Source of the DNA: Spirochaetota bacterium
GTDB lineage: Bacteria > Spirochaetota > UBA4802 > UBA5550
Direction: 5' to 3'
Assembly (NCBI GenBank): GCA_036821145.1
Contig: DAISJZ010000001.1
Coordinates: 87,636 to 151,635, forward strand
Length of the DNA: 64,000 nt
Shown here: positions 18,612 through 27,976 of the stretch, piece after piece
Layout of the letters: each line of letters starts with the position of its first letter
Numbering within the stretch: position 1 is the stretch's first letter
The notes under the pieces: generated by a model
Database searches by the model: none
Seen by the model: the letters and a program-made list of their open reading frames with translations, nothing else
What the model was told of the DNA's origin: nothing
Position numbers and translations under genes: made by a program

Positions 18612-18871
18612 TTATACAATATCCGCGATTTTCATAAGAATATTTTATTCGCATTGATCAGTTAATCTAATATGCTTTTAATCATGAACGTAATGTGTGA
18701 TTTTCCACATTAACACAAACTTCAATTGTGTTATTGTAAGAGTTGAATAAGAATGTAAAACATCGAAATTTTAAATAAATATTTATGTTTGTAAAGAATA
18801 ATATAGATGAATTTTAAGTAATATTTTTTAAATTCTGTTTTGAATTGATAATATAATAAATCTTATAATTT

Positions 18872-20098
18872 TTAAATTCCAATTAAATATTTTCTTATAT
18901 AATTTATAGCATAAAGACTTGAAAAAGTGCGTATACGCTCCCTGTCTCCGCTGAAAAACTTTTTTTTTGCAATTATTTTATTATTGAGATAAAAACCGAA
19001 ACAGACAGTTCCGACAGGCTTTTCTTCAGTACCTCCGCCCGGTCCGGCAATCCCGGTAACAGAAATTCCTATATCGGTTTTATAGAGTCTGCATACCCCC
19101 TTAACCATTTCCACTGCAGTCTCCTCACTAACTGCACCATTTTTTTTCAGGGTGCTCTCTTTTACACCGAGCACATCAGTTTTAATGGAGTTACTATACG
19201 CTATTATTGAACCGGTAAAAACTTCAGAAGAACCTGCAATATCTGTAAACCTTTTACCTATAAGACCGCCCGTACATGATTCAGCAGTTGAAATGGTTAA
19301 ATGTTTTTGTTTCAGGAGATTCACAAGTTCATCTTCCGGCGAGTTGAATCCGGGACCTATTAAATAACTATTGAATTCATTATTTAACATGCTTAATAAT
19401 TGTTCTTTATCAGAAAAACCTGAATCTGAAGAAATAAAACAAAGATCGCAAACCCCGGATTTAGCAGAAATCCCCCAGCTAATTTTTTCTCCAAGAGCCA
19501 GATTGTTTATTTTTGAATTAATATCCGACTCCCTGATTCCAGTTAATTTCATAAGGAGCCTGTTACCTGTACTATAATTATACCTGCTCTCCAGATAAGG
19601 GAGAACTTCTTCGATAAAAATCTTTTCAGTTTCAGCAGGTACCCCGGGGAGCGAGATAAGAGTTTTATTATTATCTTCGATTATAAACCCCGGCGCAAGT
19701 CCCCTATTATTGTTTAAAACTATAGAACCGGAGGGAACAGTTGTCATCTTAGAGTCATTTTCATTTATGCGGATTTTCATAGACCGGAAATAATCAGTCA
19801 TTTTTATATCTGCATTGCTATCAGTAATAATACTGCGGTTAAAAATCCTACTGACAGCTTCAACAGTGTTATCATCATCCGTAGGGCCAAGACCTCCTGT
19901 GATTATAAGCAGATCAGCGTAAGAAAATGATTCAATTATTTCTGCGGTTATTGATTCGATTTGATCTCCAACCGTTATATGTTTTAATACGACTAAATCT
20001 GTTCCCAGAAGATGCCAGCTGATAAAAGCACTATTGGTATCAATTGTGGTACCATGCAGAAGCTCATCACCTGTTGTTATTATTACAGTTTTTATCAT
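18872..20098 (-). CDS. cinA: CinA family protein (molybdopterin-binding-like domain plus PncC NMN deamidase)
   Basis: GDELLHG..IDTN, TGGLGPTDDD, LPGVP, TAESCTGG, SVTGIAGPGGG; start likely ATG 20098. Confidence 0.93.
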   Translation of the reverse strand: MIKTVIITTGDELLHGTTIDTNSAFISWHLLGTDLVVLKHITVGDQIESITAEIIESFSYADLLIITGGLGPTDDDNTVEAVSRIFNRSIITDSNADIKMTDYFRSMKIRINENDSKMTTVPSGSIVLNNNRGLAPGFIIEDNNKTLISLPGVPAETEKIFIEEVLPYLESRYNYSTGNRLLMKLTGIRESDINSKINNLALGEKISWGISAKSGVCDLCFISSDSGFSDKEQLLSMLNNEFNSYLIGPGFNSPEDELVNLLKQKHLTISTAESCTGGLIGKRFTDIAGSSEVFTGSIIAYSNSIKTDVLGVKESTLKKNGAVSEETAVEMVKGVCRLYKTDIGISVTGIAGPGGGTEEKPVGTVCFGFYLNNKIIAKKKFFSGDRERIRTFSSLYAINYIRKYLIGI

Positions 20099-20102
20099 GG
20101 CA

Positions 20103-21776
20103 TTACATAACTTCAGGCGCTGATACTCCAAGAATTTTAAGACCGTTTTTCATAACAATAACAATGGCCCTGCATAATGCAAGAGCCGCATTAGTGTTTT
20201 CAAAATTATCTGACAGTATTCTATGTTCGGTGTAATAGCGGTGATATGACTGGGCCAGTCTCATCAGGTAGGTCGCAATTTTATGAGGTTCAAAACTTTC
20301 TGCGGCATCTATTACCTCTTCAGGAAATTTAGCCATCTGTTTCATCAAAGTAACTCCCTCTTTATTTGAAAGGAACTCGATGTTAAAATCTGAAAGATTA
20401 TACTTAATATCGCGCTTCTCAGCCTCACGAAAAATGGAACAAATCCTTGCATGAGCATACTGAAGATAAAAGACTGGATTCTCCGAACTGTTTTTCTTCG
20501 CCAAAGAAAGATCAAAATCCAGATGACTGTCAAGAGATCTCATTATAAAGAAATACCTTGAAACATCCACTCCGATTTCATCAATAAGCTCTCTCATGGT
20601 TGAAAAATTACCAAGTCTTTTAGACATTTTCACAGATTCCCCATCCATAATGAGATTAACCTGCTGGGAAATCAATACCCTGAATTTCTCTTTATCAAAA
20701 CCTAAAGCCTGAACAGCTCCCGATAACCTGGCAATATACCCATGATGATCAGGGCCCCAAATATCAATTATCCTGTCATAGCCGCGCATTATCTTATCAT
20801 AATGATAGGATATATCCGCCATAAGATATGTAGGTCTGCCGTCGTCACGAATCACTACCCTGTCTTTATCATCTCCGAAATCTGTAGATCTGAATATTTT
20901 TTTATTATCATTATCTGTATAAATAAATTTGCCTTTTTCAAGCTTTTCAAAAGCTCTATCAACTTCACCTTTCTCATGAAGTGTGCTCTCCCTGAACCAT
21001 GTTCTGAAATTTACATTAAAAGAAGAGAGATCCCGCTGCTGACCTGAAACGTTATATTCGACGGCTTTCTTTGAACAGAAATTTATTTTATCATCCTCAA
21101 CCGACAAACTGTCAAGCTCGCCTTTATGATTCTCAATAATCCAGGCAGCAATATCCCTGATATATTCACCATGATACCCGTCATCAGGAAATACTGTCTC
21201 CTCCCCCTTAATCTCCCGGATTCTTGACAATACCGATTGCCCCAGAAGATTAACCTGATTTCCAAAATCATTAACATAAAACTCCCGATCAACAAAATCG
21301 CCATTAGCCTCCATAAGATTGGAGATAGTATCACCAATAGCCGCTGCCCGGGCGGAAACCACATTTAACGGGCCGGTTGGATTCGCTGAAACAAATTCTA
21401 TGTTGTATTTCAGAGGATCGTTTTTCTTTCTTTTTCCATACTCATCACCGATGTTTATTATATGAAGAGTCATTTTTTTCAAATAATTCAATGAAATAAA
21501 AATATTTATAAAGCCGGGTTTTGCAATTTCAATTTCACTAATCAGATCATCATTCTTTAAAAGGTATTTTTTAAGTATTTCTCCGATTTCAAGAGGAGAA
21601 CGCTTTATAAGTTTTGCTGATTCAAGAGCTATAGGGGTAGAATAATCACCGAATTTTGCATCTTTCGGATATTCGATTTTTATTGCGGGGTATTCCGCTT
21701 CCGGAAGGTCTCCTGACGAGACAGCTTCTTTAAGGGCTTCGTCTATTAGATTATATAGATGTTCCTTTATGTTCAA
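20103..21776 (-). CDS. argS: Arginine--tRNA ligase
   Basis: FGDYST, EFVSANPTGP, GPDHHGY, MSKR, YLQYAHARICSI, LGVSAPEVM. Confidence 0.97.
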   Translation of the reverse strand: MNIKEHLYNLIDEALKEAVSSGDLPEAEYPAIKIEYPKDAKFGDYSTPIALESAKLIKRSPLEIGEILKKYLLKNDDLISEIEIAKPGFINIFISLNYLKKMTLHIINIGDEYGKRKKNDPLKYNIEFVSANPTGPLNVVSARAAAIGDTISNLMEANGDFVDREFYVNDFGNQVNLLGQSVLSRIREIKGEETVFPDDGYHGEYIRDIAAWIIENHKGELDSLSVEDDKINFCSKKAVEYNVSGQQRDLSSFNVNFRTWFRESTLHEKGEVDRAFEKLEKGKFIYTDNDNKKIFRSTDFGDDKDRVVIRDDGRPTYLMADISYHYDKIMRGYDRIIDIWGPDHHGYIARLSGAVQALGFDKEKFRVLISQQVNLIMDGESVKMSKRLGNFSTMRELIDEIGVDVSRYFFIMRSLDSHLDFDLSLAKKNSSENPVFYLQYAHARICSIFREAEKRDIKYNLSDFNIEFLSNKEGVTLMKQMAKFPEEVIDAAESFEPHKIATYLMRLAQSYHRYYTEHRILSDNFENTNAALALCRAIVIVMKNGLKILGVSAPEVM

Positions 21777-21984
21777 TTGATTAACCTCGTGTGTGTATCA
21801 TGTTTAAGCTGAAGATTCGGTATCAAACCTGAAGTATTTATAAAAACTGAAAATCAGCGTCATTTGTCAATCATATTTATTCAATTTACAGAGTGCATCA
21901 TTATCAGGCAAATTTAAAAAAATCTTGACTATTCACTTTTTCCTGACAATTATTTTAATATTAAAAATATTAACGGATAAAATA

Positions 21985-24147
21985 ATGAACGGAATACTGA
22001 TTCTTTCAGCAAAAATTGCTCTTGTATTGGCTATTCTTCTGGGCTCTGCATTTACAGGTAAAGTAATTGCTAAAAAGCTCGACAAAAGTATCTGGCTGTT
22101 TTTTCTTATTGGCCTTTTTACCGGCCCCATTGGACTGCTATTCCTTTTTCTGATTTTTAAACTTCCTGAAAAACTTGTAGGACTTTTTATTTCATTTTTC
22201 GTCTTCCTGATTATTACAGTCCTGTTTACTCAGACAACAATTCTATCAGGACTGGAATGGGGATCTATAGATTTCAGATTTTATCTCAGGGACCCTTCTC
22301 AAGCTTCCGTTAAACTTGAAGAAGGTGTAAGGATGAATAAAATCAACCCCCGGGCAAGAAAAGATATAATTATTATAGGAATTGACGAAGGTTCTATTCG
22401 CGAATTTTCCGATCAGGGGATTCAATGGCCTTTTCCATGGGAAATTCATGCGCGCGTAACCAGGTACCTCGCTACAGGTAATCCACTTGCTATTCTTTAC
22501 GATATAATGTTTCTTGATAAAAAGGATGGCGAAATGGAGCTCGCGGAATCTCTGAAGCAGCTTAAAGTCGGTTTTCTTGACTACCCGTTTGAAACAAAAG
22601 AAGTTGATGTCGCTTATAATGATATTGATGAAAGAATAAAACTATTAAATCAGGTTCGTTTCCCCATAGACCCTGCTGACAAACTGGAGCAGCTTGTTGA
22701 AGAAGTTACTCCCCCTACCCCGGACCTGATTAAAGCTTCTAAAGGTCTTGGTTTCGCTAATGTTTTCCCAGGACGTGACGGCATTAACAGGACTGTCCCG
22801 CTTATCGTTAAATATAACGGGTGGTACTATCCCAATATAGACCTTGTAATAGTTATGCATTACTTTGGTATTACACAATCTGATGTTGAAGTTAAAATGG
22901 GTCATTATATCAAACTTAAGAATCTTCCTGCTGAAAAAATGGCCAGGCCGAATAGCAGCAGAGAGATATCCATCCCCATTGATGAATATGGGTTTATGGA
23001 TGTGAATTTTATAGGGGGATCGGGGAGTTTTCAGCACTACCCTTACTATCTCTTTGCTAATGAGGGTACTATGGAAGGTAATACTTCCGTTAAAGATAAA
23101 ATTCTGCTTATAGCGGCGTATTCAGCAACCGGTATTGCAACAGATGAAAAAAAATCTCCATACGGGGCAACATTCGGTATTGAACACCATGCAAATGCGC
23201 TTAATACAATTCTTAACCAGGATTTTCTTTACAAACTCACTGATTTTCAGAACATTATTATTATGCTTGTTATAGCTATTTTTCTCGGATTGATAGTTCC
23301 GAAATTATCAATTGTAATGTCTCTTGTTGTTACTTCAGTTTTTATTATATCATACGCTGTCGGTTCATATCTCCTTTTTGATATGTCCAGTATCATTACT
23401 TCAATGTCCACTCCGCTGATACAGACTGCACTGACATATTCAATGCTGGTAACATACAGGGTGGTTAATGAACAGCAGGAGAAAAAATATATAAGGCAGA
23501 CATTTTCTAAATTCGTTTCAAAATCTGTAGTTGATGAACTCCTCAGAGATCCGAGCAAAATAAAACTTGGAGGAGATAAAAAAATACTTACAGTTCTTTT
23601 TTCTGATATTCGCGGATTTACATCTATCTCGGAAAAACTCACTCCTGAAGAATTAGTTGAACATCTCAATATTTATCTTCAGGGGATGACAGATATAGTT
23701 ATAAACACAGACGGCACTCTTGATAAATATATCGGTGACGCTATCATGGCTTTCTGGGGTGCACCAATTGAAATGTCAGATCATTCCCTGAAAGCCTGTA
23801 GAGCCGCTCTTGAGATGATGGAAGCACTAAAGGTGATGAATCACAAATGGGAGAAAGAGGGAAAGCCTATTCTCGATATCGGTATAGGGATTAATACCGG
23901 CGACATGGTAGTAGGAAACATGGGTTCCTCTTCAAGAATGGATTATACACTTATGGGGGATAATGTAAATCTCGGCTCAAGACTTGAAGGTACAAATAAA
24001 TTTTACGGTACAAATATAATAATAAGTGAATTTACATATCAATACGTGAAAGATGATGTAATAGCCAGAGAGCTTGATCTTATCAGGGTAAAAGGTAAAG
24101 CGCTGCCTGTTAAAATTTATGAATTGATTGACTTGAAACAATCTTAG
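21985..24147 (+). CDS. CHASE2-domain class III adenylate cyclase
   Basis: IIIIGIDE and GIEHHANALNTIL (CHASE2), three TMs, LFSDIRGFT, DKYIGDAIMAFWG, DYTLMGDNVNLGSRLEG; Lys/Asp specificity residues indicate ATP. The track's TTG at 21925 overlaps a TTGACT -35-like hexamer, so ATG 21985 is preferred. Confidence 0.93.
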   Translation: MNGILILSAKIALVLAILLGSAFTGKVIAKKLDKSIWLFFLIGLFTGPIGLLFLFLIFKLPEKLVGLFISFFVFLIITVLFTQTTILSGLEWGSIDFRFYLRDPSQASVKLEEGVRMNKINPRARKDIIIIGIDEGSIREFSDQGIQWPFPWEIHARVTRYLATGNPLAILYDIMFLDKKDGEMELAESLKQLKVGFLDYPFETKEVDVAYNDIDERIKLLNQVRFPIDPADKLEQLVEEVTPPTPDLIKASKGLGFANVFPGRDGINRTVPLIVKYNGWYYPNIDLVIVMHYFGITQSDVEVKMGHYIKLKNLPAEKMARPNSSREISIPIDEYGFMDVNFIGGSGSFQHYPYYLFANEGTMEGNTSVKDKILLIAAYSATGIATDEKKSPYGATFGIEHHANALNTILNQDFLYKLTDFQNIIIMLVIAIFLGLIVPKLSIVMSLVVTSVFIISYAVGSYLLFDMSSIITSMSTPLIQTALTYSMLVTYRVVNEQQEKKYIRQTFSKFVSKSVVDELLRDPSKIKLGGDKKILTVLFSDIRGFTSISEKLTPEELVEHLNIYLQGMTDIVINTDGTLDKYIGDAIMAFWGAPIEMSDHSLKACRAALEMMEALKVMNHKWEKEGKPILDIGIGINTGDMVVGNMGSSSRMDYTLMGDNVNLGSRLEGTNKFYGTNIIISEFTYQYVKDDVIARELDLIRVKGKALPVKIYELIDLKQS

Positions 24148-24173
24148 ATAATACTGTTTTCATCCTGCGAATA

Positions 24174-24208
24174 AGCCCCGGTTCTTAATGCCGGGGCTAT
24201 TTGTTTTT
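24174..24208 (+). terminator. Intrinsic terminator after the cyclase gene
   Basis: AGCCCCGG-9 nt-CCGGGGCT stem followed by ATTTGTTTTT. Confidence 0.75.
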
Positions 24209-24265
24209 ATAAATGCGTGATTGTTTTTTTAAGAGAAGCTTATATTATAATTCTTTAATTAATAA

Positions 24266-26506
24266 TTACTGGAAACAGATATGCTCAGACTCTTTCTTTG
24301 TATTTATTTTCACGCAGGGAGTCCTAAGATTGCCAAAAATTAACAAAGGTATTTTTTTATAAGTATTATCTATATTAATATTAAGATTAACTGGAACGTT
24401 AAGTCCATCATTTTCAGTATATTTACCATAAGCATTAAAGCTGCACTTGGTGCCGTTCATATTAAAACTTCTGATATAAAATTCATTTGCAGATTGCATA
24501 AATGTAAAAGTAAGACTGTCAAATGTCATCGGATCAGGGAGGTGATATTCAGCGTTCTTCATAATAAAATTATCTAATTTTTTCAGATTATCCGTTCTTG
24601 AAATATAACCGTCTTTAATGCCAAGGTTCAACGAAGCTCTTCCGTTTTCCACAATCTGGCCTATACGGAAAGCATTTGTTTCAAATTTAAAATCTGAAGA
24701 TAATATCCCTGCTGCATTAATAGCTGAATCAGAGTCAACAGCCATTTTAGCTATATTAAGATTTTCAACGCCACCTTCAATTTTTATAAATGGATACTCC
24801 TGTCGGAATACGGCATATGCGTTGAAATTAAAAATTCCATCGTACCCATGTAATGAAAATATATCAGTTTTGACAATCCCGCCGGATAGGTTCATCGCAA
24901 GATTAAAATCATCAAATGAAGCGCCTTTTTTAACGACAAGTTTATCAGCTTTTATATTCAATTTAAAATCATTATTGTTAATGAAGATCCCTTCCGGTTC
25001 TTTGAGAAAATTTCTCTGTTCATCAAAATTCTGGAACATATCAACATATGCCATATTATAAATTGAATCTATGCCGGATATAATTACATTCTTAAGGAGT
25101 TCTATTTCCATTTTTTTCGAAATAATTTCGGCCTGATTAACTGATTTAAAAGGATTCCAGCCTGAAATCCGGCTGTTGAAAGTAATATCCAGGTCGGTAT
25201 TACCTGTATTAAGTTTAGATTTTAATAAAAAATTCTCCTTATCAGCCGCAATGAGAGCATTACAGTTTCTAATGCTGTTATTGTTATCTGACGCCACGGA
25301 AGGAGTAAGTGTAAAACCGTTCAGCTTTACATCCAGGGCCAACTCTTCAGGTATCATTTCTTTAAGGTTAAACTTAAAATTTCCAGTTAAAGAGAAATCA
25401 CCTTCATAATATGCCCGTTTAAATGGTAAAAACCTGGATGAAAGTCTTGAAAGATCAATTTTGTTGGAATTAATTGACAGATCTAAATGTTCATCTTTTA
25501 TATAATCTGACTTTAGTTCTATCGTAACAATTTCGTCATCAACTTTCAGTTTATTAATTGTGACTTTATCCATTGTAGAAAAGGCTGACAAATCAAACTC
25601 AATATTTATATCTTCATCTTTAACAATATATACCGGTGATGAAGTATTATTATCGGATGCATAAAGGTCGCATATGTTAATACCGGCTATGATATCAATG
25701 ATGTCTTTATTACTATTAAAATTTAAATCTCCTGATAATTCTCCCTTAAAAAGGAATGGTTCATTATAATACTCACCTAAAAGATTATTAATAAGCGAAA
25801 TATCAATATTTTTAAACTTTATCCTGTTATGTGATTTTGACTCTTTGAACAGAATTGTACCTTCTGCATCAAATCCGCAACTTCTCCATCCTGAAATATT
25901 ATTATTTATGATACTGCCGTCAATATCATACTCAAGTTCTTCACCATAAAAAACTATATCAATATCAATATCAAACAAGTCTATGGATGTTTTTGATTTT
26001 TTAAATATTTCCCTGTAAAAAAGCTGAGAATCCGTAAGAACGATTGAAAATTTTTTTGTAATAAACTGGCTGATTTTATCATTCTTAAAGCCTGTTACAA
26101 TATCAGATATAAAAGTATCAGTATATGATTTCCCGTAATTTTTAATTATATTGATTTCAGGCTTATACATAATTACTGCTGAGAATGTAATTTTCTCACG
26201 TAATAAATCAAACAGATATGTATCTATAACGACTTCACTGCATTTAATCAGGTTGACATTATCATTGAAGTCTGTGGTATTTGACAGATAAAAGTTCTGA
26301 AGAATTATATCCCCGTTATATTTAAAAACCAGGGAATCAAATTTAATTGATTTACCAAATGAATCTTTAAAATTTTCCTGAATTGACTCAGCAAGTTCAT
26401 TTCCCGGATACATAAAATTAAGTGCAATATGTATCATACTCATGCTGAACAAAAGAATTGAGAAGAAAATACCTATGGCTATGGTTATTTTTTTGTTGTA
26501 GTTCAT
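24266..26506 (-). CDS. AsmA-like protein
   Basis: N-terminal TM, FGKSIKFDSL...ILQNFYLS...VIMYKPEINI AsmA N-domain pattern, beta-rich repeats throughout, 746 aa. Confidence 0.6.
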   Translation of the reverse strand: MNYNKKITIAIGIFFSILLFSMSMIHIALNFMYPGNELAESIQENFKDSFGKSIKFDSLVFKYNGDIILQNFYLSNTTDFNDNVNLIKCSEVVIDTYLFDLLREKITFSAVIMYKPEINIIKNYGKSYTDTFISDIVTGFKNDKISQFITKKFSIVLTDSQLFYREIFKKSKTSIDLFDIDIDIVFYGEELEYDIDGSIINNNISGWRSCGFDAEGTILFKESKSHNRIKFKNIDISLINNLLGEYYNEPFLFKGELSGDLNFNSNKDIIDIIAGINICDLYASDNNTSSPVYIVKDEDINIEFDLSAFSTMDKVTINKLKVDDEIVTIELKSDYIKDEHLDLSINSNKIDLSRLSSRFLPFKRAYYEGDFSLTGNFKFNLKEMIPEELALDVKLNGFTLTPSVASDNNNSIRNCNALIAADKENFLLKSKLNTGNTDLDITFNSRISGWNPFKSVNQAEIISKKMEIELLKNVIISGIDSIYNMAYVDMFQNFDEQRNFLKEPEGIFINNNDFKLNIKADKLVVKKGASFDDFNLAMNLSGGIVKTDIFSLHGYDGIFNFNAYAVFRQEYPFIKIEGGVENLNIAKMAVDSDSAINAAGILSSDFKFETNAFRIGQIVENGRASLNLGIKDGYISRTDNLKKLDNFIMKNAEYHLPDPMTFDSLTFTFMQSANEFYIRSFNMNGTKCSFNAYGKYTENDGLNVPVNLNINIDNTYKKIPLLIFGNLRTPCVKINTKKESEHICFQ

Positions 26507-26657
26507 ATATTATTTTATTTATTTAAACTAAAGGGGAATATAAATTAATGCTTTAACAATTTTATTCAATCATCTAAAAAAAAATGAGTCAAGCATTTAA
26601 CATTTTATAACCGAATTAAATCTATTATATTAGGATATATGTAACGGGGTAGAATTT

Positions 26658-26981
26658 ATGGAAGAAAAGAGATATGTACAGAAACTTCTTGAAATAAATG
26701 AACAGTTTAATATCGATAAAAAAAGAAACATCGATCTTAAAGAAGATTTTATCCCTTTCGTTGGCTCTCCCAAAAAACATCCTTCTAATGATAACATTCT
26801 TATGTTAATTACAAATCCCTTTGATGAAAATAAACAGTTTTATGAATTTTATATGGATTCTATATCTGCGATAGAAGAGATCGGTACAATATCTTCAGAA
26901 AACTGTAAAAGTGCTTATCAGATAAGAATCTGGGTCAGGAAAGGTACAATGGCCATAAGGTCCGAGACTTTTATTGTATGA
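26658..26981 (+). CDS. Conserved-looking hypothetical protein (107 aa)
   Basis: Clean ORF with GGGG-like RBS; PFVGSPKKHP...YEF...IEEI...RIWVRKG pattern. Confidence 0.7.
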   Translation: MEEKRYVQKLLEINEQFNIDKKRNIDLKEDFIPFVGSPKKHPSNDNILMLITNPFDENKQFYEFYMDSISAIEEIGTISSENCKSAYQIRIWVRKGTMAIRSETFIV

Positions 26982-27118
26982 AATTCAGGATTTACAGCAT
27001 TTCATTAATGTAAATAAACCTGTGTATAGGAAAAAGGAATTATACTTGACTTCACTTTATTTTTCATAGATCAATTTATCAATCTGATAAAATTTATTAT
27101 TATTACGCCATAAATATC

Positions 27119-27961
27119 ATGAATATACAAAATATCAAATATCATTCAATGAATATCGTATCGGTTACTCTCTTTTCTTTTGTCTTTGCATTGACAATTA
27201 ATCAGATTATTAAAAGTTCTTTAACAGTTTACCCTTCCGAAACCAGGAAAAGCAGATTCCCCGCCCGTTCCGGTGATAGGATTGTTAATGTTGATATAAA
27301 TAAAATTCTCGAGTCAGGTTTTTTCAGAGTTTCCTCCGGTTCAGATATTGTAACATCCGGCAGCGGAGACTCCGCCTCTCAATTGACAGAACTTAAACTG
27401 CTCGGTACAGTGACAGGTTCACCTGGTATTGCAAGAGCTATGATACTGAAAAAAGGGGAAAAACAGGCAGAAATATTTAAGTTATGGAAAGATGTATATG
27501 GATATACATTAGCCGGAATAGACTCATCCAGCGTATATCTTAAGAAAGACCAAATCACGTATACACTTAACATGTATGAAAAAAAGAATATTACACCTAA
27601 TAGTAATGTACCACTTAATACTGGACGGGCGGATAATGTTAAAAGAACAATAAGCCGTGCTGAATTTCAGCAGAAGATGCTTAATAATATTGATAATGCA
27701 ATGCAGGGGGTAAAAGCCGGCCCCTACAGAGTAAACGGGCAAATAGAAGGATTTCATCTTATCAGAATCAGACCTTACAATGTTCTCTATGATTATGGAT
27801 TAAGAAGCGGGGATGTCATTAAAAGAATAAACGGCAAAAAAATAGACAGTACTGAAAAACTATATAACATGTGGCAGGGTTTTAAAAATGAATCAAAACT
27901 TACTTTTGATATTGAAAGAAGCGGTAATATTGTAACTCTGGATGTTAATATAACAGATTGA
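27119..27961 (+). CDS. gspC: Type II secretion protein C (PDZ-containing)
   Basis: N-terminal TM, LKLLGTV HR domain, YGLRSGDVIKRING PDZ; first gene of the gsp operon. Confidence 0.88.
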   Translation: MNIQNIKYHSMNIVSVTLFSFVFALTINQIIKSSLTVYPSETRKSRFPARSGDRIVNVDINKILESGFFRVSSGSDIVTSGSGDSASQLTELKLLGTVTGSPGIARAMILKKGEKQAEIFKLWKDVYGYTLAGIDSSSVYLKKDQITYTLNMYEKKNITPNSNVPLNTGRADNVKRTISRAEFQQKMLNNIDNAMQGVKAGPYRVNGQIEGFHLIRIRPYNVLYDYGLRSGDVIKRINGKKIDSTEKLYNMWQGFKNESKLTFDIERSGNIVTLDVNITD

Positions 27962-27976
27962 TGGGATAAAGCAATT

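Noticed and set aside
18696-18711. CRP/cAMP-receptor site near the adenylate cyclase region
   Set aside because: TGTGA half-site present but the TCACA half is not at N6 spacing.
21925-21984. Longer TTG start for the cyclase
   Set aside because: The TTG is part of a TTGACT -35-like hexamer and has no RBS; ATG 21985 preferred.
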